From Lachnospiraceae bacterium (GTDB taxonomy: Bacteria; Bacillota; Clostridia; Lachnospirales; Lachnospiraceae): a DNA stretch of 64,000 nucleotides. The notes under the pieces were generated by a model. That model was not told the origin of the DNA. It did not search any database and saw only the letters and a program-made list of their open reading frames with translations. Positions within the stretch are counted from its first letter, which is position 1; the number at the start of each line of letters is the position of its first letter. Location of the stretch: positions 96 through 64,095 of the forward strand of contig JAFSIA010000011.1 in NCBI GenBank assembly GCA_017440045.1. Direction: 5' to 3'. This document shows positions 36,761 through 45,877 of this stretch, in pieces. The translations under genes and the position numbers were made by a program.

Positions 36761-37534
36761 TTATACATTTATTCCATACACTCTAAGTGCATTGTCCCTT
36801 GTTATTCTTACGACTTCTTCTTTTGTGATATTTTTTATATTGGCAATCTCTTCTGCCACCATATGAAGGTAGTCTGATTGATTTCTCTTTCCTCTATATG
36901 GCTCTGGTGCAAGATACGGACAGTCAGTCTCAAGAACAATTCTATCTAACGGTGCATACTCCACTACTTCCTTTAGCTTCTTTCCATTTTTAAAGGTTAT
37001 AACTCCACCTACACCAATATGAAATCCCATATTCAAGTACTCTTTCGCCATCTCAGTTCCATAAGAAAAACAATGAATGATTCCACCTAAATCTTTTGCT
37101 CCTTCGGCCTTCATTATGTCTAACGTGTCTGCTGCTGCATCTCTTGAATGAATATTTACAGGTTTTCCTATCTCTTTAGCGAAATCGAGCTGCTCGGCAA
37201 ACCATTTCTTTTGAATTTCTCTGTCCGGCTCGTCCCAATAGTAATCAAGACCTATTTCACCTATAGCCACACATTTTTTGTGTGCTGCTACTTTTTTAAT
37301 CTCCTCAAATACACCTGGCTCTTCCAAGTCTAAGGTGTCACTAGGATGAATTCCTGCCATAGTATAGACAAAATCATATTTTTCTGCCAATGCCAAAGAA
37401 TCAAAACAACCTTTAACGGTAGCAGAGGCATTGACTATTATGTCAATGCCCTTTGCTTTCATCCCTGTAAGAAGTTCTTCCCTATCGTCATCAAAACGCT
37501 CATCATCATAATGTGCATGTGTATCGATTATCAT
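36761..37534 (-). CDS. tatD: TatD family metal-dependent hydrolase/DNase
   Basis: 257 aa beginning IIDTHAHYD, with other conserved blocks including GEIGLDY and LETDCPYLAP. Confidence 0.9.
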   Translation of the reverse strand: MIIDTHAHYDDERFDDDREELLTGMKAKGIDIIVNASATVKGCFDSLALAEKYDFVYTMAGIHPSDTLDLEEPGVFEEIKKVAAHKKCVAIGEIGLDYYWDEPDREIQKKWFAEQLDFAKEIGKPVNIHSRDAAADTLDIMKAEGAKDLGGIIHCFSYGTEMAKEYLNMGFHIGVGGVITFKNGKKLKEVVEYAPLDRIVLETDCPYLAPEPYRGKRNQSDYLHMVAEEIANIKNITKEEVVRITRDNALRVYGINV

Positions 37535-37563
37535 AACTGTCTTCCCTCTTTATATATGCTAAA

Positions 37564-37625
37564 GTGGATGCTACGTTTCTTCGAAACTCTCGCATCCACC
37601 TCATTCGTAATTCCGAGCTATCGCT
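37564..37625 (-). repeat. structured intergenic element, copy 2 (5' of tatD)
   Basis: gtggatgctacgtttcttcgaaactctcgcatccac plus the tail ctcattcgtaattccgagctatcgc. It aligns along roughly 65 nt with copy 1. Confidence 0.7.
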
Positions 37626-37656
37626 CTACATTACTCATGCGGTTCACTCGTCAAAT

Positions 37657-37692
37657 ATCAGTAATTTCTTATGCAAGCATAAAATTACTGAT
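37657..37692 (-). terminator. long near-perfect palindrome directly after the metG stop (terminator-like)
   Basis: atcagtaatttcttatgc / gcataaaattactgat. The following T-run is weak. Confidence 0.5.
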
Positions 37693-37707
37693 ACATGACT
37701 CGTTTCT

Positions 37708-39657
37708 TTAGCAAATCTCACTTCCTGCAATTATATCCTTGTCAACTGTCAGTACTGATAAGTTGCCTTCATCATCAGATGCTGCGAGAATCATTCCCTC
37801 TGATAATACACCACAAAGCTTAACCGGCTTAAGGTTTGTGATAACTGCTACCTTCTTGCCAACCATATCTTCTGGCTTATAGTAAGCTGCAATACCTGAT
37901 ACTATCTGACGAACTTCATTTCCAATTCTAATCTGTGAGCAGAGAAGCTTTTTAGCCTTTGGAACCGGCTCACATTTGATAACCTCACCTACGCGAAGCT
38001 GAACCTTATCAAAATCATCTATAGATATCTCTGCCTTTGGCTCTACCTCTGGATACTTAACCTCTGGCTCAGCATTCTTCTTCTGAAGCTCCTCTACCTT
38101 AGCCATAACCTCAGCACTATCAAGTCTCATAAAGAGAATTTCCGGCTTATCTGTCACCTTATTTCCTGATGGGTAAAGGCCAAATGTAGCTAAATCCTCC
38201 AATGTTCTAGGGGAAGCATTAAGCTGTGTAAGTATCTTTCCTGTTGTCTCTGGCATAAATGACTCAAGAAGAGTTGCTCCGATGCAAATTGCTTCAACCA
38301 GATTGTAGAGAACTGTCTTAAGTCTATCACTCTCGGCCTCATCCTTTGCCAGAGCCCAAGGCATTGTCTCATCAATATACTTATTACATCTCTTAAACAA
38401 TGTAAATACCTCTGTAATGGCATCGGCAACACGAAGCTTATCCATCTTTGCGCTTACCTTCTCCACTGCCTCAAGAGCACATTTCTTAAGGTCATCATCA
38501 AATCCGCCTTCACCGTGTACATTAGTATTTGTCACTACGCCATCGAAGTATTTATTCGACATAGATATTGTTCTGTTCACAAGATTTCCAAGTGTATTGG
38601 CAAGCTCCGAATTAAGTCTCTCTACTAAAAGCTCCCATGTGATGACACCATCATTTTCAAATGGCATCTCGTGAAGAACAAAGTAGCGAACTGCATCTAC
38701 ACCAAAGAAATCTACAAGGTCATCTGCATAAATAACATTTCCCTTAGACTTACTCATCTTGCCATCACCCTGAAGTAACCAAGGATGTCCAAATACCTGC
38801 TTTGGCAATGGAATATCAAGTGCCATAAGCATAATTGGCCAATAAATAGTATGGAATCTTAAGATATCCTTACCGATAAGGTGTAAATCTGCCGGCCAAT
38901 ATTTGTTGTATTTCTCGTCATGATTGCCATCTACATCAAAACCTAAACCTGTAATATAGTTTGAAAGGGCTTCAATCCATACATATATAACGTGCTTATC
39001 ATCAAAATCTACAGGAATTCCCCATTTAAATGATGTTCTAGATACACACAGGTCCTGAAGACCAGCCTTGATGAAATTGTTCATCATCTCGTTCTTTCTT
39101 GACTCTGGCTGGATAAACTCTGGATTTTCCTCAATATGCTTTACCAGTCTGTCTGTATAATTGCTAAGCTTAAGGAAGTATGCCTCCTCCTTTGCAGGCT
39201 GACACTGGCGTCCACAGTCAGGACACTTGCCATCTACAAGCTGTGATGATGTGAAAAATGACTCACAAGGAGTACAGTACATTCCCTCATAAAATCCCTT
39301 GTAAATATCGCCTTTATCATAAAGCTTCTTAAATATTTTCTGAACCTGCTTCTCATGGTCCTTATCAGTTGTTCTGATAAACTTATCATATGATGTGTTC
39401 ATAAGATCCCAGATTCCCTTTATCTCTCCTGCAACACCATCAACAAACTCCTGTGGAGTGATGCCTGCTGCCTCAGCCTTAAGCTCAATCTTCTGACCAT
39501 GCTCATCTGTTCCTGTCTGGAAAAATACATCATAGCCCTGCTGTCTCTTAAATCTTGCAATACTGTCTGCAAGTACTGCCTCGTATGTGTTTCCAATATG
39601 AGGCTTACCTGAAGTGTAAGCTATGGCTGTTGTAATGTAATATGGTTTCTTGCTCAT
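37708..39657 (-). CDS. metG: methionyl-tRNA synthetase with C-terminal tRNA-binding (EMAP/Trbp111-like) domain
   Basis: 649 aa with a HIGN (HIGH) motif, KMSKS and the zinc knuckle CPDCGRQC. Confidence 0.96.
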   Translation of the reverse strand: MSKKPYYITTAIAYTSGKPHIGNTYEAVLADSIARFKRQQGYDVFFQTGTDEHGQKIELKAEAAGITPQEFVDGVAGEIKGIWDLMNTSYDKFIRTTDKDHEKQVQKIFKKLYDKGDIYKGFYEGMYCTPCESFFTSSQLVDGKCPDCGRQCQPAKEEAYFLKLSNYTDRLVKHIEENPEFIQPESRKNEMMNNFIKAGLQDLCVSRTSFKWGIPVDFDDKHVIYVWIEALSNYITGLGFDVDGNHDEKYNKYWPADLHLIGKDILRFHTIYWPIMLMALDIPLPKQVFGHPWLLQGDGKMSKSKGNVIYADDLVDFFGVDAVRYFVLHEMPFENDGVITWELLVERLNSELANTLGNLVNRTISMSNKYFDGVVTNTNVHGEGGFDDDLKKCALEAVEKVSAKMDKLRVADAITEVFTLFKRCNKYIDETMPWALAKDEAESDRLKTVLYNLVEAICIGATLLESFMPETTGKILTQLNASPRTLEDLATFGLYPSGNKVTDKPEILFMRLDSAEVMAKVEELQKKNAEPEVKYPEVEPKAEISIDDFDKVQLRVGEVIKCEPVPKAKKLLCSQIRIGNEVRQIVSGIAAYYKPEDMVGKKVAVITNLKPVKLCGVLSEGMILAASDDEGNLSVLTVDKDIIAGSEIC

Positions 39658-39700
39658 TATAAATCATTCCTTTCTCGTTTTTCGCTTATCCCTTGTGATT

Positions 39701-39731
39701 CGGCCGCTTCGCTTCTTCAAAGCTCTCGCTG
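39701..39731 (-). repeat. structured intergenic element, degenerate copy 3 (between the T-box terminator and the metG start)
   Basis: cggccgcttcgcttcttcaaagctctcgctg shares the core GCTnCGyTTCTTCrAArCTCyCGC with copies 1 and 2. Confidence 0.5.
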
Positions 39732-39732
39732 T

Positions 39733-40012
39733 TAAAAAAATTCCCGCCTTTATTGCCTACAGGCATATAAAGACGGGAGCTAATCTCACGTGGTACCACT
39801 TTACTTCACAGGTAACTCACATTACCTGCCTTAGCGACTGCCATCACAGTCTTACCATATAACGGTGGTAAATCGTCGTAGCCTAATCCATCGGACTCGG
39901 TACGCAGCTCCAAGGCCATCTTCATTCCACTCTCTACGTCTCCTTCTCAGCTACCGGAGTTCTCTGTGCATATACTTTGGAACTACTCTTCTCTTCATAG
40001 CATTTTCATATA
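39733..40012 (-). promoter_or_regulatory. T-box riboswitch leader of metG (Met specifier)
   Basis: The minus strand has AGAGA...GGUAGCUGAGA Stem I elements and GGAAUGAAGAUGG (AUG codons in the specifier region). The T-box sequence is AAGUGGUACCACGUGAG. The terminator is CCCGUCUUUAU...AUAAAGGCGGG followed by a U-run (39733-39778). Confidence 0.85.
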
Positions 40013-40019
40013 TATTGGT

Positions 40020-40048
40020 AGTTTATTAATATTAAATTGTTTTGTCAA
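40020..40048 (-). promoter_or_regulatory. sigma-A type promoter for the metG T-box leader
   Basis: On the minus strand: TTGACA (40043-40048), a 17-nt spacer, then TAAACT (40020-40025). Confidence 0.55.
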
Positions 40049-40090
40049 GGGTTAATTGTAAACTATTTTACTATACAAAGCAGATACTTA

Positions 40091-40747
40091 TTACAGCTGT
40101 ATTAATCCATCTTCTATTTTTATTATTTCTTCGCATCTTGCAGCGACATTCATATCATGAGTAATTAAGATGACTGTTTTTCCTGATTTATGTACAGCTT
40201 TAAAGCAATCAATGATATCAGCCCCTGTTTTCTGGTCAAGAGCACCTGTAGGTTCATCTGCAAGAAGAAGTGGCGTGTCTGCAGCCAATGCTCTCGCTAT
40301 AGCACATCTCTGTTGCTGCCCTCCCGAGAGCTGTGTAGGATATTTCTTTGCCATATCTGCAATTCCCATCTGCTCCAAACAATCCATAACTATCTTTTTC
40401 TTGTTCTTAACTTTTCTTATGAGAAGTGGCATTTCCACATTCTCATAAACTGAATATCTATTCATAAGCGCAAAATTCTGAAATACAAAGCTTATGTTTT
40501 TCTTCCTAAATTTCTGAAGCTTCTCACTATTATAATCTGAGATAAGTTCATCATAAAAATAATATTTGCCCTCCGTCGGTGTATCCATACCTCCGATTAT
40601 ATTAAGAAGTGTCGATTTTCCCGAACCCGACGTACCAATAATACCCGTAAAAGATCCTTCTCTAATGTGTAAATCCACTCCTCTTAATGCATGAGTGCAA
40701 TTTTTATTATTAACATAATCCTTTTTTATATCTTCTAATCTAATCAT
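40091..40747 (-). CDS. ABC transporter ATP-binding protein (MacB/LolD/FtsE type)
   Basis: 218 aa with Walker A GTSGSGKST, signature LSGGQQQR and Walker B LLLADEPT. Confidence 0.92.
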   Translation of the reverse strand: MIRLEDIKKDYVNNKNCTHALRGVDLHIREGSFTGIIGTSGSGKSTLLNIIGGMDTPTEGKYYFYDELISDYNSEKLQKFRKKNISFVFQNFALMNRYSVYENVEMPLLIRKVKNKKKIVMDCLEQMGIADMAKKYPTQLSGGQQQRCAIARALAADTPLLLADEPTGALDQKTGADIIDCFKAVHKSGKTVILITHDMNVAARCEEIIKIEDGLIQL

Positions 40748-40763
40748 TTTTTCCCTCTCGCTA

Positions 40764-42020
40764 CTAATTACGCTTTCCCATAAGTTCCACAGGTGTATAT
40801 CTCTTTAACATAATTATTGATACTATAGTGGTTAAAAAAATCACCACTAATAATATAACTACTGCTATAGGAAGTGCCACCAAGCACGGCACCTCTGCCA
40901 AAATAGGAGCTGGCGCTTCCTTCATAAAACTCTTTTCAATCCACACAATAACAGGTGCCGCTATTACCAAACCCATCAGTGCCATTATAATATTTTTAAT
41001 CATAATCATAATACTTATATCTTTTGTGCCAAATCCCATTGAGCACATAATTCCATAAGTATTTAATTCAAACAACATAGATACAATCTGCATTGCAATA
41101 AGCATAAGTAATACGGCTGGCACTATAATTACAAAAACTTCTGCAAGGTATGACAATATCTGAACATTCTCCATACAAGATGTCTCATATAATTCTGTAA
41201 GTGTTGTATATCTCACAGTTACACCATATTTATCAGCCACCTCTAAGCAGACTTCTACAGCTTCGTCTATACTATATTCATCGCTGGCACTTATCCATAA
41301 TTCATTGGTAAAATACTGTAAATTATCCACACAGAATATTCCATATGTGCAATCGATTGTATAATCTATGCTTGTACTATTCATTTCAATCGATAAATTA
41401 GGTGATACCCATCTTTGTCCTTCCTCTAATATACCTGCTACTGTGTATACAAAAGAATAGCCTGCACCCTCCATTATATATTCAGTTCCTATCGGTATAG
41501 ATTCATATGCTGACCCAAGGTATATATATCTATGTATATTTTCGCCTGATTCCCTAGAAAACTCTAATTCCTCTGGTTCGATTCCTTTTGATAATTCCAT
41601 ATTACAAAGATTTAAGCTTCTTGCGTCAATTGTCATGACCGTAAACTCATCTCCATTAGTGATAAATATTCCCTCATCATTTTCACCTTGAATATTTAAT
41701 AGCTCATCTGAGAATCTGAATAAATATGTTGACATACAACCCAATGATGCAATTTCTTTTCTTGTGCTAGCATCCTCCCAAAAACAAGTTCCCGCATCTT
41801 CTATTTCATGTTCTGTTTCATCATCCACGTATAATACTCCTGTTTTTTCAAAACCTTGGGCAAGTAGCTCATCACACGAATCATAAGCATATCCTTGTAG
41901 CTCATATGCTAATACTGTGCAGACCAGTGTGATAATACTAACCGCTATAATTATCACAGAAATTAAAAATCTTTTAAATTGTGAAAATATATTATCTATT
42001 GCCAATCGTAAATGTAACAC
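40764..42020 (-). CDS. FtsX-family ABC permease (1 TM + large ectodomain + 3 TM), paralog B
   Basis: 418 aa with MacB-type topology: an N-terminal TM, a roughly 260-aa extracytoplasmic segment and a C-terminal 3-TM bundle. Confidence 0.8.
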   Translation of the reverse strand: MLHLRLAIDNIFSQFKRFLISVIIIAVSIITLVCTVLAYELQGYAYDSCDELLAQGFEKTGVLYVDDETEHEIEDAGTCFWEDASTRKEIASLGCMSTYLFRFSDELLNIQGENDEGIFITNGDEFTVMTIDARSLNLCNMELSKGIEPEELEFSRESGENIHRYIYLGSAYESIPIGTEYIMEGAGYSFVYTVAGILEEGQRWVSPNLSIEMNSTSIDYTIDCTYGIFCVDNLQYFTNELWISASDEYSIDEAVEVCLEVADKYGVTVRYTTLTELYETSCMENVQILSYLAEVFVIIVPAVLLMLIAMQIVSMLFELNTYGIMCSMGFGTKDISIMIMIKNIIMALMGLVIAAPVIVWIEKSFMKEAPAPILAEVPCLVALPIAVVILLVVIFLTTIVSIIMLKRYTPVELMGKRN

Positions 42021-42036
42021 TATTCTCTCCTCTTAC

Positions 42037-43152
42037 TTATTTTTCCTCATTTATCATAATGGCAGAAAATTTCTTCATCTTAGTTACCAAATAAAACGCA
42101 TTTATTAAAACAATGGTTACAATACCTACAAAAATTATTGATATTCGCAGCCAAAACATTTCACCAAGCAAAACTGTTTTATTAAGCGCACAGCCATAGA
42201 CAAACTGTATCAATAAGGACACAATAAAAGCTGGTATAATCAATCTAAATATATCAATAAATAGTAGTTTAAATATTTGCCATCTGTTATATCCGTACGC
42301 AATCCTTATTGCAAACTCTTTCCTTCTATTTAAGAGCCATAAATACGACACGCTAAAGCAGGTTATAATCGAAAACGCCAATGCAACACCTAATAATATC
42401 TCATTAAGCATCTTATACCACTGATTCATATCTCCGCTTACTTTTTTGTCATTTCCTATAACATCAACATTAACGCCATATGTACTAACCTTATTTCTAA
42501 ACTCATCCATAACAGTTGCATCATACATATTACTTTCAAAATATATCTGACCTGATATAAAATCGTATGTAAACCATGTTTGTTTTATCTGACTGTCAAT
42601 GCTATCCCATAATATATATATAGATTGGTCTATTCCAGACGACATCTTATTTTCTAAAATTCCTATTACACTATATTTTTCATTATCAAAGTATATATAG
42701 CTTTTTCCTTCCTGTTTAATAACATACTCCTCGAGGCTTTCTCCAATAATGACTGCGTTGCTATATTTTAAATCCTTATGATAACTGCCTTCTTTAAATT
42801 CAAATGAAAGCTCTTCATTATTTTCCATAAGCACATATGCAAATTTTCCATCACTCTGATTATCTATATGCACTGATTTTGTAAGGTAAACATTTCCCTT
42901 ATCAAAATTATCCAGATAATTAATAAGAGATAAAGATATTTCGTCATTTAAAGTTTCTGAGATAACCATTCGTGATGCATATTTATATGAGTTTACAGTT
43001 TTATCTTCAACAGATATACTTGTTACCAAATTGGCTATATTCAACAAAATTATACACGAAATAACTAATCCTAACACAAATAACAAATCTGATGCAGGGT
43101 TTCGAAAAATTTTTTTAATTCTTTCCATGGAATATTTGGTTCCCTTCTCCAA
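42037..43152 (-). CDS. FtsX-family ABC permease, paralog A
   Basis: 371 aa with the same topology. The sequence is clearly different from the neighbouring permease. Confidence 0.8.
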   Translation of the reverse strand: MEKGTKYSMERIKKIFRNPASDLLFVLGLVISCIILLNIANLVTSISVEDKTVNSYKYASRMVISETLNDEISLSLINYLDNFDKGNVYLTKSVHIDNQSDGKFAYVLMENNEELSFEFKEGSYHKDLKYSNAVIIGESLEEYVIKQEGKSYIYFDNEKYSVIGILENKMSSGIDQSIYILWDSIDSQIKQTWFTYDFISGQIYFESNMYDATVMDEFRNKVSTYGVNVDVIGNDKKVSGDMNQWYKMLNEILLGVALAFSIITCFSVSYLWLLNRRKEFAIRIAYGYNRWQIFKLLFIDIFRLIIPAFIVSLLIQFVYGCALNKTVLLGEMFWLRISIIFVGIVTIVLINAFYLVTKMKKFSAIMINEEK

Positions 43153-43207
43153 TATTCTTTTATTTTACATTATGTATAATATTAGGTCAAACCCTGCCAG
43201 ATATATT

Positions 43208-45718
43208 TTAATGTGTCCCCGAAATCTCGTAATCATAGTAGCTATCCTCTGGCTGACCAAGTTTTAAAACCATACCATATGGTATCTTGCTACTACCTCC
43301 CTCCTTAAGCCACATATTGCAATATCCCTTCTTTCCATTATCCTCATTTATGTAGCTTACATATGAAGCACCATTTTTGTATCTGGTAAATTCCGCTGCC
43401 ACAACCAGCCTTCCATCTTCTATGAAAAGCTCCTTTGTATCTCCACTTTTTATAGCATCTTTTATGTCTTCCTCTGACGTTCCTATTGGCACGGCAATAT
43501 ATTCACCGGGCAACTGAAACTCCTTTGTCCATAATCCAACATTCCCACTGACAACACAAAACTGCCTATTCCAAATATCATTATCTATTAATTTTTCTAA
43601 TATTTCTCCACTTAACTGGTCTCTTTTTACCACTTTATACACATCTACAGGGGTTAATGCACCATTTACCCCTTCCACATAGTAATCATACTCTACCATA
43701 AGATAATCACTATCACCTAAGTCACCAACAGTAGTAATCGATATCTCCACGCAATTTACCTGTGTTTTGTTATCTTCACTTTCCTCTATGACAAGTGGCA
43801 AATCAGGTGCCTTACTGCTTTTATCAACGGTAGTAACCGTAAGATTATGAATCTTTCCTACCAGTCTTACATTTATCTCACTATAAGCACCATATTTATC
43901 TAACGAAGTATTTGCACACCATTGCACCTGATTGTCCCCTATATCAATAGGATTATTATATGCCAGTGTTCTTGCCTTAATTGAATATGTGCCCTCTGTA
44001 TTATCTTCGCATACTGTAAATTTTTCATAAAATGATTTGAGATTTATCCATGTTCCTGCCTTATATCTTACTCCATTATAAATCACATCAAAGGGAAGGT
44101 TCACTTGTCTTTTATCCACATATTTACTGTAATTGTTCAGCTTATATCCACTAATATCTCTATGATTTCCAAAATCGCTAAAAGAAATGGCAAACATCTC
44201 CCCCAATACTATATCTCCACTCTGAGGGGTAACCATCTGGTTTAAGCTTTTATCTGTATTAATAGTTATATTGCACACAACCGGTGTATGAACTGTTATG
44301 TCAGGCAGCTTGCTCATATTATAGCTAACTCTTGTGCCATCATCACCTAAATAATAAAGTGTTCCATCTACCTGATAATCACTTCCATTCATCATTTCCT
44401 TCGGTATGGAAATATTATCTACATTAACATTTATCATATTAGGTGAAATATATTTCTTTGGACTTTCACCATACATTTCTCCCTGTTTATCCGACAATAT
44501 TTCTGTTCCGTTTATAACTACCCTGTCACTTATGGTTGTCACACTACCTAATGCTTTTTGTGCCTCATAGCTGTAGCTTGTGTCCGGTATTGCCGGCTTA
44601 AAGTATGTATCACTTGTAAGCACCTCCACTGGCGTAGTGGATATTGGCAGTATTTCTATATCAATCACGTGGTTTTTCACACTGCCATAGCTGACAGTAC
44701 CACTTGTAATTTTACCAACATCGGGCTTCGCCCCGACATTAACATTTTTGCTTCCACCTATAACCTGCCCTGCTATTGCAATCTCCTCCAATGGCATAAT
44801 ATCTAAAGATACATACCTATAGTATGATATGCCTTTTGACACATAATAATATTTGTAGATAGTTCGCTCTTCCTCTCTGGCCTTTCCATAATAATCTGTC
44901 CACTTAAGAATGTACTTTACCGGAACTGCCACAGCCACAGTAACCTGTCCATCAACCTTTTCCAAATTCAATTTATATATAGCATCATCTGCCTGTCCTT
45001 TTAATTTTAAACTCTCTCCAGATGGTATTCCCGAAGACAATTCAAATTTGTCCGAAGACAGATTAAACCCATTATAATGCGAGCTCGTTATGGACACAGG
45101 TGTTACCATACACTCTCTGTATGATGTAGTCTGAGGCTTAATGATAATAGGGAACCTCACCTCTATTCCAAAATGAATCTTTATACTCTCCTTTGATGCC
45201 CACGACCTGGCTTCCGATATTCCCTCATAAGTAAAATATACCTCACCCGTATAAGAACCACCTGGATACAATGTTCCCAGTGGAATTCCTTTATTTTGAA
45301 CTGTCATCACACTGTCTATATACACAGTATCACCGTAATTTGTAAGTATGTTATACCACTCCGTAGAAACGGATTTTACAGCACTAAGAATCTCTTCCTT
45401 ATCAGATTTGAAATAGCTGTAAACATATCTGCTGTCGTTTGGGTCCGTTTCGTCCGGCTTGTAGCTAGTCTTTGTCACCACCACATACTGCTGCCCAGGA
45501 ATGTCTATGGGCATATCATATCTTTTGATAATCCATCCTATGGTCTTATAGCTTACACTACCACTAGCCTTTTTCTCTCTTGCAGTCATATACAGACTGC
45601 CTTCTTCATCAAAATACAATTCACCTGCTTTGGTCACAATGGGGTCTGCACACAGGAATAAAATAAGAGTTGCTACTCCTGTCAGAAAGAACTTCCACCA
45701 AGAAAAAATTTGCTTCAT
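43208..45718 (-). CDS. 836-aa secreted protein of unknown function (first gene of the ABC operon)
   Basis: The ATG at 45718 follows GGAAAGGAG. The signal peptide is MKQIFSWWKFFLTGVATLILFLCADPIVTKA. The remainder is rich in beta-strand-like sequence. I recognise no domain. Confidence 0.7.
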   Translation of the reverse strand: MKQIFSWWKFFLTGVATLILFLCADPIVTKAGELYFDEEGSLYMTAREKKASGSVSYKTIGWIIKRYDMPIDIPGQQYVVVTKTSYKPDETDPNDSRYVYSYFKSDKEEILSAVKSVSTEWYNILTNYGDTVYIDSVMTVQNKGIPLGTLYPGGSYTGEVYFTYEGISEARSWASKESIKIHFGIEVRFPIIIKPQTTSYRECMVTPVSITSSHYNGFNLSSDKFELSSGIPSGESLKLKGQADDAIYKLNLEKVDGQVTVAVAVPVKYILKWTDYYGKAREEERTIYKYYYVSKGISYYRYVSLDIMPLEEIAIAGQVIGGSKNVNVGAKPDVGKITSGTVSYGSVKNHVIDIEILPISTTPVEVLTSDTYFKPAIPDTSYSYEAQKALGSVTTISDRVVINGTEILSDKQGEMYGESPKKYISPNMINVNVDNISIPKEMMNGSDYQVDGTLYYLGDDGTRVSYNMSKLPDITVHTPVVCNITINTDKSLNQMVTPQSGDIVLGEMFAISFSDFGNHRDISGYKLNNYSKYVDKRQVNLPFDVIYNGVRYKAGTWINLKSFYEKFTVCEDNTEGTYSIKARTLAYNNPIDIGDNQVQWCANTSLDKYGAYSEINVRLVGKIHNLTVTTVDKSSKAPDLPLVIEESEDNKTQVNCVEISITTVGDLGDSDYLMVEYDYYVEGVNGALTPVDVYKVVKRDQLSGEILEKLIDNDIWNRQFCVVSGNVGLWTKEFQLPGEYIAVPIGTSEEDIKDAIKSGDTKELFIEDGRLVVAAEFTRYKNGASYVSYINEDNGKKGYCNMWLKEGGSSKIPYGMVLKLGQPEDSYYDYEISGTH

Positions 45719-45877
45719 ATTGCTCCTTTCCCTCTCCATGAAAAGGCAGCTGATATTCGCATTAATTCAATAAAAAAATCATATCATAAAATGAGAATAT
45801 TGTAAACCAACCGCTATATATGATAAAATGATGGATATTAAATAATTTGCATTATATTTTTGAAAGAGGGAGATAAA

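Noticed and set aside
45805-45845. Possible third copy of the sigma-fusion promoter motif upstream of the DUF885 gene (gtaaaccaaccgctatatatgataaaat).
   Set aside because: Only the AAACC.AAC part matches. The region is explained equally well by an ordinary sigma-A promoter (TTGTAA, about 17-18 nt, TAAAAT with TG extension).
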